A stretch of DNA of 64,000 nucleotides from Mytilus californianus (Eukaryota). Under the pieces are notes generated by a model. The model did not search any database, had not been told where the DNA came from, and worked only from the letters and a program-made list of their open reading frames with translations. The translations under genes and the position numbers were made by a program. Within the stretch, counting starts at the first letter, position 1, and each line of letters opens with the position of its first letter. The stretch lies in contig NW_026262745.1 of the NCBI RefSeq assembly GCF_021869535.1, positions 74,152,001 through 74,216,000 on the forward strand, in the 5' to 3' direction. Positions 51,781 to 62,277 of this stretch are shown piece after piece.

Positions 51781-52279
51781 CAAATAAATAAAACAACAAT
51801 AAATGATTGTTATTTCACTTGTTAAGTAAAAAAAAATAAAAATCTTAAAATAAAACATACATGTAGTTGCTATACAAATTGATTTCAATAAGGAACATTC
51901 TTATATTTAAGACGCTTATAAGATATGTGTAAATCCAGAAATAAAACAGTGGTGCACTACTTGATTAATTTCATTTGATTGCCAAAGCAATGATTGATGT
52001 ATAATTTGAAACTTGACAGCTTCCTACATATCCTCAAGTCCATTTTTAAATATACAGCTCCTATGTCCAGTCACAAGTATATTTGAATTTACCTTTTCTC
52101 TCTATTGGTAGAGGAGTAGCAGTAAAGATAGTGCTGTCAATGTCATCTTGTACTTTCACTTTGTCACCATACCCTAGTTCAATCTCTGCTTCAAAATCCG
52201 AAACTATTTAAAGAATTACATTATATCGATTTTTATGTTATTATAATTATCTGCCCTTCATTTAAGAATGATGTTAGGC

Positions 52280-52672
52280 GCAACTTTTTGGAAGTTTTGG
52301 TCCTCGGTGCTCTTCAGCTTTGTACTTGTTTTGGCTTTCAAACTTTTTTCATCTGAGCGTCACTGGTTGGTCTTGTGTAGACGAGACGCACGTCTGGCGT
52401 ATTGAATTTTAAGCCTTATACCTTTTGTTACCTATTATTCGTGTGTTTCTTTGTCCTATATGTTCTCCCATTTATTTGTATTGTGGTCCTGTCATGTGAT
52501 GTTGTCGTTTTGGTGTTGTGTTTGACGTTGCCATGAAAGCGGGAGGTTTGGCATGCCACAAAACCAGGTTCAACCCATCATTCGGTTTTAGTTTGTAACC
52601 CGGATTTGTTTTTATCTCTATCGATTTATGAGTTTCGAATAGCGGTATATACTACTGTTGCCTTTATTTAAA
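52280..52672 (+). mobile_element. Composite of a degenerate hammerhead (52357-52400) followed by a Naiad-tail-like module
   Basis: GCGTCA-CTGGTTG-GTC..GAC-GAGA-CGCACG-TC-TGGCGT, then GCGGGAGGTTTGGCATGCCACAAAACCAGGTTCAACCC and the end motif ATCGATTTATGAG...TACTACTGTTGCCTTTATTT. Confidence 0.7.
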
Positions 52673-54937
52673 TACATGTTATGTTTTTTATAGTTTAATC
52701 TTTAAATTTCAAGTTTTAGATGCTTATTTTGTATATTTCATGATACTTTATAAAATATTTTTATTTAAAAAAAAAAAAACAATTTTGCAACTTGACCATC
52801 ACAGATGCTCAGAAATCTATCTATTTTAAATTACAATATCTACCAGATAAATATTTTAAAGAAAACTTGCCAACAAAAGGACAAATGACACTATTTATTT
52901 TATATGTTATCTTGAGTTCATCTATCTATATACTAAATTAAAAATATTATTAATTTACTTATTTTGACGAATTTGATTTGTTCAGGAATAGTCACATGTT
53001 AAATTATATTTGCAAAGGTCTATTGAAAACGGCGGGTAGAAAAGTGATATTGACCGTTAATTTTTAGAATATATAAAAACAGATATACTTTGTGATATCA
53101 TCAAATGAACTCCATGATATTGTTAAAAGATTTCAGAAATTGTATATGTATGAACGATTATTAAAAAAATAGAAATACATAATATTTACCAAAAAAAAAA
53201 AAAAAAAAGAACAAACAAAAAATAAAACCATTACAAATAATTGAAAGAAAAGCTAATTTGTTGTTGTTATCCAAAATAAACTATGAAATCTTGAAAAATT
53301 CCAGCAAAAGTCAATGATTAAAAAAAGTGAATATAATGTGCTTACGATTTTGATACAAATATGGTTGGAAATTAATAATATAACAAATGCAGCCTTTGTA
53401 TGAGGTCTTTAATTTTTAAGGAATATATATATAGACTGAGGACGACATCCATATAGATAAATGTATTAAAAGATTTTACCAGGAACATGAACTATACAAT
53501 AAGAGTGATCCAGGTCTAATGTTCTCTGATCAGCTAATCTTCCTGAAATTATGAAATGCTTTATTATATCAAATATTACATGTGCACAAAAGAGACAGTT
53601 AAATGACAAACAAGCTTGTTTTTAAATGCACGGCATGACTAATATAAGGAAATGTTCAAGTTTTTAAATTGTGCTTTACACAACATGCTTAAGATATTTC
53701 TAACATACATGTACATATCATGCGTATATCTAAAAAACAGCTATACCTGACATGTTAATATTCACGGCATTAACCATGTTAATGCATGTTGTTTATTTGC
53801 TGTTTGACTATTGTGCATCGATTTTGGTAGGTCTTAATACTGCATGATACATCTCCTTTTCGTGAATAATATATTTGGGCAAATTGGAGGGTCTTCATGT
53901 ACGTAGAGTGAGATATATAAATTCTATTTTTATTCCAGCAGGTTTTGGGGCAAGGTGGGATAACCTTTTTCATCAGTAGTGCAAATTACTCAGGTACAAT
54001 TGGGCAATGTGGTAAGTCGTCATGGATTCTATACTGCAACTATGTAATTTGGGCAGTCAATATTCATTTGCCTTATAGCCTTGTTCCTAGAATTGATATG
54101 TTTCTGTAAAATTGTAATTTGTACAGTAAAATCCATGACATATGAAACTCTTTCTTGACAGCACCTGCAACATTTCGCACAGCATTTCCTAGTACCATGA
54201 GTACATGTACATGTATAAATGCAACACCTGAATGTTCAGGTTTTAAAGTGTCACTGGAAGATATGTCAACCATTTATAATCTTAAATAAGGCAATATCTA
54301 ATCATTCTGAACCTTTTATAAAGAAAATATCAGCATTATATTTAATTATATACATTTCGTACCTTTTGTTCGACCTTTCTACATACAGGACTGTGGCGGG
54401 CTATTGGTGCCCTTCTTTTTTTTTCGGTTCTGTAGCATGCAATTCCCTTTTTCAGCTTCACAGGCTCCTGCACGAATAGGGTACGGATATTCCTAAGTCG
54501 GACCGTTTTCCCCTACAAACTAAAGTGAACATATATACGTGTATTTTACCAGATTTTCAACGCTCAAGTCATGTCGTGTGCAAGCTCGTATCCATCGACG
54601 AAACGCGCGTCTGGCGTAAATACAAAATGTAATCCTGGTATCTATGATGAGTTTATTTACAACCACTGGGTCGATGCCACTGCTGGTGGAGTTTTAATTC
54701 CCACAGGGTATCATCAGCCCAGTAGTCAGCACTTCTTTGCTGACATGAATTATCATTGATATGGTCATATTTATAAATTAACTGTTTACAAAACTTTTAA
54801 ATTTTTGAAATACTAAGGCTTTTCTACCTCAGGAATTGATTGCCTTAGCTGTATTTTGCAAAACGTTTTGGAATTTTGGTCCTCAATGCTCTTCAACTTC
54901 GTACTTGATTTGGCCTTTTTAACTTTTTTATTTTCAA

Positions 54938-54981
54938 ACGTCACTGATGAGTCTTCTGTAGACGAAACGCGCGTCTGGCGT
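54938..54981 (+). ncRNA. Minimal type I hammerhead ribozyme (dimer-type)
   Basis: Stem I ACGTCA/TGGCGT, core CTGATGA, stem II GTC-TTCTGTA-GAC, GAAA, palindromic CGCGCG helix III, cleavage triplet GUC. Confidence 0.92.
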
Positions 54982-55302
54982 AAATACAAAATTTAATCCT
55001 GGTATCTATGATGAGTTTATTTACAACCAATGGGTCGATGCCACTGCTGGTAGAGTTTTAATTCCCAGAGGGTATCACCAGCCCAGTAGTCAGCACTTCT
55101 GTGCTGACATGAATTATCATTGATATGGTCATATTTATAAATTAACTGTTTACAAAACGTTTGAATTTTTGAAATACTAAGGTCTTACTACCTCAGGAAT
55201 TGATTACCTTAGCTGTAATTGGCAAAACGTTTTGGAACTTTGGTCCTCAATGCTCTTCCATTTTGTACTTTATTTGGCCTTCTTTAACCTTTTTAGATTC
55301 GA

Positions 55303-55346
55303 GCGTCACTGATGAGTCTTCTGTAGACGAAACGCGCGTCTGGCGT
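55303..55346 (+). ncRNA. Minimal type I hammerhead ribozyme (dimer-type)
   Basis: Stem I GCGTCA/TGGCGT, otherwise identical to 54938-54981. Confidence 0.92.
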
Positions 55347-56497
55347 AAATACAAAATGTCCTGGTATCTATGATGAGTTTATTCACACTTTAATCTATTG
55401 CGTAATGGTTTTGGGAATGGAATAAAATACACTCTGCATGTCTCTCTGGGTACCTGTTGTCACTCTTCTAAACCCCGTACACGCAATGCTTGTTTAGCAT
55501 CGTTAATCACAAATGCTTTTGTTTACTTTGGTTACCATGGGGGAATTGGAAATTCTGCCCGCCTGTTGGTACAGTCAATATATATATTTCGAAATTTCGA
55601 AGTTACGTACTTCCGGTATGACTAATCACCAAACAATGTGCAAATGGTCTATTGAAAATAGAAATGGGGAAAATGTTTAAGAGACAACAACCCGACCAAA
55701 AAGTAAAAAACAGCAGAAGGCCACGAATGGATCTTCAACACAGCTAAATAATCATGCACCCTAAAGCGGCCTTCAGTTGACCTAAACAAAAATGTGTACT
55801 AGCTCATTGGAAATGGACATCATTCCAAACTCCAAAACATATAAATAAACTAAAATAAAACAAAAAACAAAAAACAAGACCAACAAGAGCAACAATTCGG
55901 GAAAAAAATCAAATATGACAAACACGAACAAACAGCACCCAGTAAACTACAGGTATCTGACTATGGTTCGGCGGATAAAATATAACTTGAAAATACCAAT
56001 CTAATAATCACACTCACGTTAAAAAACTGACAATGCTATACAAAAAAAAAATAGTACTTTTTGGTTTTCATCTCCATATGATAATCATCCCAACGTTCTA
56101 TGAAAATTATACTTTTATCGGTAAAGAAATCTTCTTCGGGGTCCACGTAAGTCGCTTTTAGTTTTATAACCAGTGATAATTAGATATCACCTGATATTTG
56201 GCGTTACAACGATATCGGAACGTTGAGATGTCATTTTAGTATTTTTAGCATTGACATGTAAGCGGGAGGTTTGACTAGCCATACAACCAGGTTCAACATA
56301 CCTTTTTTTCTTAAAATATCCTGTACTGAGTCAAGAATATGGCAATTGTTACCTACAGTCCGTTTCTAAGTATGTTGACGTTTGCTTTTGTTGTAGTTCA
56401 GTTTTTCAGTTGGTCCGTTGTTTTCCTCTAATAGTTGTTGTGTTTCCTTCGGTTTTAGTTTGTTCATGTTGTTACCCGCATTTGGTTTTTACTTAAT

Positions 56498-56765
56498 TGA
56501 TTTGATTTGATTTTGATTTGATGTGTTTTATTGCCACTTATAAACACCGCTTTGTGCTATTTCGTGGCGGCCAGTTTTTATAATTGGAATAAGCTGGAGT
56601 GCCTTGAAAAAACCACCGACCTTCGATAGGAAAACTGACAATCCTAGTCAATTAAGATTGGAGTCGAGTGAACCCGCACAAGCCGGGTTCAAACTGACAA
56701 CCTCAGTGTTGACTGGATAGTGATCACAGTAGTAACAACTTAGACCACTCGGCCACCGAGGCCCC
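56498..56765 (-). mobile_element. Full-length tRNA-derived SINE with a 14-bp TSD, nested in a retroelement-tail repeat
   Basis: The minus strand starts GGGGCCTCGGTGGCCGAGTGGTCTAAG (A box), has B-box-like GTTTGAACCC and ends in an (AAATC)n tail. TSD GGTTTTTAC(T/C)TAAT lies at 56484-56497 and 56766-56779. Confidence 0.9.
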
Positions 56766-58594
56766 GGTTTTTACCTAATCGATTTATGACCATTTAACAG
56801 CGGTTTACTACTGTTGCCTCTTTGATATCAACTCGAGTTATCTAATTTGAATAAAATAATAAACTTTAATATACTATATTTAAACCTTTCTGTACGTCTC
56901 AGAATGTAAAAGATTTCACAAAAAAAAAAAGCAGAAGATTATCAGGACAAATGTGTGAGTGTTTTATGTATTATTGTAAAAACCACCGTTGCCATTGACA
57001 AAATGTACATCGTTTTAACCTTTGAAGTCATGAATTGAATTACGAATAGGCAATGGAAATGTTGCATTATTGTCTCATAACGCTGTACAATGTTTAAGTC
57101 AATCAACTTAACGCAGTTTTCGTATAACTTTTTCATATCACACTTCGCGCAGTGTCGACGATGGAAGTTTTTAACGACCTTGACTGGCTTTACAGCCCTT
57201 GCATGGTCTGTCGCACAGTGTTATACGAGATATACCTTTTTATAGAATAAAGGGATAACAGGCCGCAGCCATAATATCAATATGAAAGAGGTGCGAAAGA
57301 TACCTGAGGGACATTCAAACTCATAAGTCGAAAACGAACTGACATGGCCCCGGCTAAAAAGAAAAAGACAAAATGACAAACAATAGTACACAAAAAAAAC
57401 AATGGAAAACTAAAGACTATGCAATACGAAAGCTATTATTGTGGACAGGAAGCAATCATTAAAGCAGCTATATATATATATGATACATCTGAAGAAGTAG
57501 TGCATTATTAGTATTATTTAGGATGTATTGACTTGATGTCACCTAGTGAACTGATTGAAATTAAACTATTATCTTTAAGATTAATGATGTCATTCAAAAA
57601 ATCTTATTTAATGGCATCAAACTGTTTTCAATTGTTGAACATGGAAACAGAGTTAGTCTGCCGAACACTTTAAACCTCTTATGAAGTATTACCATTTGAT
57701 TTTCATACGATTATTACATTTCTAATCAACATTTTGCTTTCTGTTTACCAGTACTTCATCATAATATACCCTATTACTAATTCGCCTATACACGGTTATC
57801 ATAAAGGCGACTGGTTCTTTCTCTGTAACCACCAATTTCATAGTCCCCCATGTTTCGTAAAAAAACATACAAATAAACAAATGAAACCAAAATTAACAAA
57901 AGAAATAAAACTTCAAGCAATATTTTTACCATGATTCTATATCTTTAATTACAATTTCTAAGAAATAAATAAAACAGAATGACCTCACTTAAATCACAAT
58001 ATAATTTCGCCTTAACTGCATTTCTAAATAAACATAACTGGCACTTACGACAAATAACTCACTTCTGCTTACATTTAACCAATGCTAAGGCGAGACAACA
58101 TTTTTTGAAATCTACTTCTTGTATAATAAAAATTCATAAACATGACAAATGCTGGTCATTAAACGGCTTTTATGAATATGCCAGTTGAACAGAAGCAAGG
58201 GTCCAATGTGCTAAGAAAACATCTACATGACGTCAAAATTAACCGTACAGTAAAACATATTTGTAAATAATTGATAATGTGGATCAAGCATTTTTAAGGA
58301 ACTGCCGACAAATATCAAAATCAAATACTTCAGCACTGCACTAGTCAACTATTCTTAATTCTACTTTTCCTTTACAAAATTATACCTTTTATAACTGTTG
58401 CTGTTTGATCCAACACTTTTAATTTGTAGACCAGTATGTTGTATTGATATTTTTTGACATTAACTAATTTATATGTAAATGACTATGTTAATTATGCAGT
58501 CAAATCCTATGAGGAAAATGGAATATTGATTTTAACTAATAATCACATAGTTTCCAGATAAGACAGAAACCAAAAAAAAACTATGATAATTCGT

Positions 58595-59007
58595 AAAGTG
58601 AAGTTGAAATCATCCCTTCGTGCATTTAACGGACGCCATCACAAGTTGGTTGACCGTTATGGAATAACCGTTTCACAGATGATATCGGATATGTTCCTTA
58701 TGTCGAAACTACAATCCCCTTTCTTTTCACGAATGTGACCTACCGAATAAGACTATTTACCGGGTTTGTAATAACATGAGCAACACGACGGGTGCCACAT
58801 GTGGAGCAGGATCTGCTTACCCTTCCGTAGCACCTGAAATAACCCCAGTTTTTGGCGGGGTTCGTGTTGCTTAGTCTTTAGTTTTTCTATGTTGTGTCTC
58901 GTATATTATTATTTGTCTGTTTGTCTTTTTCTTTTTTAGCCATAGTGTTGTCAGTGTATTTTCGATCTATGAGTTTGACTGTCCCTATAGTATCTTTATC
59001 CGCTTTT
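58595..59007 (+). mobile_element. 5'-truncated 3' end of the second Naiad-like family
   Basis: Reads KVKLKSSLRAFNGRHHKLVDRYGITVSQMISDMF (RT C-terminus), then the 3' UTR. Tail-only relatives lie at 44175-44405 (+) and 57290-57430 (-). Confidence 0.85.
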
Positions 59008-59375
59008 TCGTAAAACATTTAATAGTAATTTGTCTGCTTTAGATAGTATCATTTAAATGACAAACAAATTCATTGTAATAAATTTGCACGTATATCACAT
59101 TGCGTTGTCTACGAATCATCGGTATTGACATCTGGAATAGTCATTAGGACGACGTTAGTAAGATTTCCATGAAGCAACATCATTTTCTAAATAATGATTT
59201 GCATCCAAACATACACATCTTACAACTATTACATATTGTCATACTAAACACTTTTAGATTTAAATGTAGATACGATTTAAAACTACCTCAATTAACATTG
59301 ATTAAGTGAACACTTATTAGAACTTCACAAATAAGACGCATTGGTCATGTTGGTATTTCCTTTATATAGTTCCCT

Positions 59376-59761
59376 TTATTTTATTTTGATAACTGTAAAA
59401 CGTGAATGTAAATCATCACGTAAATAAGCATTAACACCACCAATCTGTACCCAAACAGTATCATTCGTATTTAGTTCTATCGCTATAACAGACGAAGAGG
59501 ATTGCCACCAATTGCTCTGCTGATGTTTGTAATTCTTAGTAAATATCTTACCATTCACATATATATGAAACTCACTCTCGTTTATACTAAATTCAATCGA
59601 AACAGAAACAATATACAACCCACTTTTCATGCATACAAATTTCCCTGTGCTTTTAAAGGTTGACAAATCATGAATTCCTTCACTAAATTTAACATCAGGA
59701 AACTTAACCACACTTCCAACGCTTAATGATACTGCTTGTGGTATGAAAGCTGTCATCGCAA
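59376..59761 (-). CDS. C1qDC gene D, exon 2 (C1q domain)
   Basis: Acceptor CCTTTTCAG|TT GCG ATG. Reads VAMTA...VKFPDVKFSEGI...TGKFVCMKSGLYIVSVSI...LNTNDTVWV...SRFTVIKIK*. Confidence 0.95.
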
Positions 59762-61322
59762 CTGAAAAGGCAAATAAAATAAGTTTAACTCCAAATTTGA
59801 CGGACATATTATCTGCTTGAAGATTATTACAGACATTAAAAATAAAAATAAAAAAGAAGATACGGATTGGTTTTTAATTGGAAGGGACACATAACACATT
59901 CATATGATTGTTATTTTTCTATGTGATAGTCCGTGGAAAGACCTAATTTCATCTCTCTATAACCTATTATTTTCATTTCGAGCCAACATTTTGGTTACAT
60001 TAAGATTTTTACAGATGTGTAGTTTAGCATTGGTGCAATTTAGCTGCTCTTCGTCAGGAATCAACGTTTAGAGATCGGCTTAAACCATTTTTTGTATTAT
60101 ACAATTAAGACTCAACATATTTTTTAGAAGTAAATAGTAAATAAATATACATCTATAAAATGAACACTGAATTTGTCTTTTTCTTGAATAACCGAAGGTG
60201 AATAAACTATCAAAGTAAGCGCAAATTGTATTGACACGAATACGATTAACATCATAATCACCACTGACAATTTAACGTTGAGTTTAGATTTGTTTACTTG
60301 AAACATGAAATGTAGATTTAGAAAAGTAAGTTCATCTACATGTTCGGTCAGAATGGTTTTATCTGTGTACATGTTTACTAAGCAAACTTGAAATGGTTTG
60401 ACGGTGATAATTATTTGATTTAAAATGTGATATGTGAAAAGATTATTTCGCAGGCCTTTCATTAAAAAAACACAATGTTTATGGTGTTTTTCTCTCGCAA
60501 ATAATGATAAGACACGTTTGTTCTTCATTTTCATGTTTCGTGAGAAAGTGATTGACATAGCTTTTAAATCTATTGTTTTTAGGTTTCGTCGTTCTAAAGG
60601 TGATATTAATATGATTTGTCTCAGTAATCATAGTGGATATATACAGAATTGAATTTCATTTTTGATGCCCCTTATTTGATTTATCTTAACTTCCATACAA
60701 TAAATAATTTAAGACAACATTTCAAAAAACAAAACAAGTTCTAAGTGATGGGCATTGACATAGAAATTGAATAAATTGTTATACAACTTCATTTGAACAA
60801 TACTATCGATCATGTTCATGTGGATTATTTCAAAATCTGGTTAATAAATGTATTGTCTTAAAATGTTTTAAACCGTATCTAATTTACGATGTCATTCCTT
60901 CAAAAACTTAAAATCTATTTTTGTACCATATTATAATTTAACTGGTTGATCCCATTTGTAACATATTTATTCAGAAATTTCCTATTTGATAATAAATATT
61001 ATCGACTTTTTTTAATTCATTCTGTTGTTGAATAATGCTGTTTAACCAGTTGGTATTGTATTGAGTAAATACACTATTTGATACTGATAAAGGTTGCGCC
61101 ATACTATATCCGTTACCAAAATTGAATTGCGCATTTCAAGTCTTTTTCCAAACTGCAGCTATTGGTGTGGCCAAACGCTCTTAACGATTAATGTTTTTGT
61201 CACTGAGATTATAAATAGGAATTAGTGTTTTTAAATTGTTGTTCTAAGGGGTACATATGAATGATACTGATTTAGTAAAAGAACCGAAAAAGAAAAGAAA
61301 AATATCAATTTAATTTACATAC

Positions 61323-62277
61323 CCTTTTCGCTACTTTGTTTGATTTGGCTTTTTAGCGAAGCAAGTGTCCCGTTTGTACGATTCTCAGCTACACGCATCA
61401 TGCTTTTGATATCCATAACAGTTTTGTTTTGATTTATCCGAAAGTCATATAACTCACTAGTCATATTATGTTCCATTTCGACTAAAGATACAGTTTGGTT
61501 ATATCCAAGTTGTTGAATTTGACTGCTCACATTTTTACTTAGATCTGCTAAAGTTTTCTTTGTATCAACAGTCATATTGAACAACGCAAGAAAATCCTGA
61601 CTCCGAGCTTGTTCGTTTACTCTTAAGGAATAAGTTTGACTTGCCAAAGTTTTAACGGTCTGTTGTATAACGTTAATTGCATTCAAGGGTTTGATGCTTG
61701 CCAGCTGTTTTAAAGAAAGTATTTCTTTTTCAACCTCCAGACTTTTATTTCTAATAGTGTTTAACTCCTCTCCTTGCATTCGGATGAGCATGTCAATCCC
61801 GTTATTGAAAATTTCTTGAATAACATCTTTTTCCTCGGCTTGTTTTGTTTTGTTTGTTATTGCAATAAGGTCAGTCTCCAATACTGTATACTTCTTCAGT
61901 AGCGTAGAATGTTCTTGTTTTAAGTATTTGTGATTTTGTTCAAGTGATTGATATTTCTGTTCTAAAAGAAATAGATCTTCTTTTGTTTTATTAAGCTTTC
62001 TCTCATCAACAACCGTTTGTTCGAGATTGTCAAATGTCTGCTGAAGTTGTGATGCCAGTAAAGCAAGCCTTTGGTCCATGTCATGTCGTAGTTTATCCGT
62101 GTCCTGTCGTTGTCGGAGTGTTTCCTGTTCCTGCAGTTTCTTATCCTCAAAGTATGTGGTTACGGTCAAATATTGACCTGACAAAACGGTTTGACCTCCA
62201 ACATTTTGTGGCTTATCCAACAAGAAACCTTCAATACTCAATATTAGAGATAAAACTGTAATTAGAACTAACATCAT
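61323..62277 (-). CDS. C1qDC gene D, exon 1 (signal peptide plus long coiled coil)
   Basis: MMLVLITVLSLILSIEG-FLLD signal/cleavage pattern and a Q/E/K/L-rich heptad sequence. Donor AAG G|GTATGT, phase 1. Exons of 955+386 = 1341 nt give an intact 446-aa protein. Confidence 0.93.

Larger units (their letters stand above)
50370..52203 (-). pseudogene. Decayed, intron-containing THAP + HTH_Tnp_4 + DDE_Tnp_4 (PIF/Harbinger, ISL2EU-like) transposase
   Basis: Exon 52203-52093 reads SDFEAEIELGYGDKVKVQDDIDSTIF (THAP C-terminus-like). Exon 50749-50620 reads NDIGCLETFLSHVELKASRIEYWYG. Further on, EGFFISL..LFVVLDNEHL and, after a frameshift, KINTWAFL...KNMKSCF resemble the HTH_Tnp_4 region. Stops and frameshifts are present. 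Family assignment is from motif recall only. Confidence 0.6.
54597..55383 (+). mobile_element. Tandem retrozyme array, ~365-bp unit (2 full units, 2 complete and 1 partial hammerhead)
   Basis: GAAACGCGCGTCTGGCGT recurs at 54600, 54964 and 55329 (period 364-365 bp), with highly similar unit bodies. Confidence 0.9.

Noticed and set aside
25900-53985. Minus-strand CTGATGA hits at ~25910 and ~53970 as hammerheads
   Set aside because: No stem II or GAAA follows.
53939-54200. Plus-strand 73-bp exon candidate (QVLGQGG...) and a minus-strand THAP N-terminus-like trace (CCAKCC...AIR...IVCS)
   Set aside because: The two readings are weak and lie on opposite strands, and the THAP-like reading needs frameshifts.
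56690-56765. tRNA gene
   Set aside because: It has A/B boxes but continues into a SINE body and tail with a TSD; no convincing cloverleaf was seen.
58720-58860. SECIS in the second Naiad-like family
   Set aside because: An ATGA is present, but no correctly spaced AA loop or GA partner was found.
60124-60558. 144-aa ORF in the intron of gene D
   Set aside because: It has AT-rich, low-information composition, no motif and no consistent splice sites.
22150-62261. ORFs at 22150, 28070, 28357, 16539, 61962 and 62034
   Set aside because: They are antisense or alternative-frame shadows of the real C1qDC exons.
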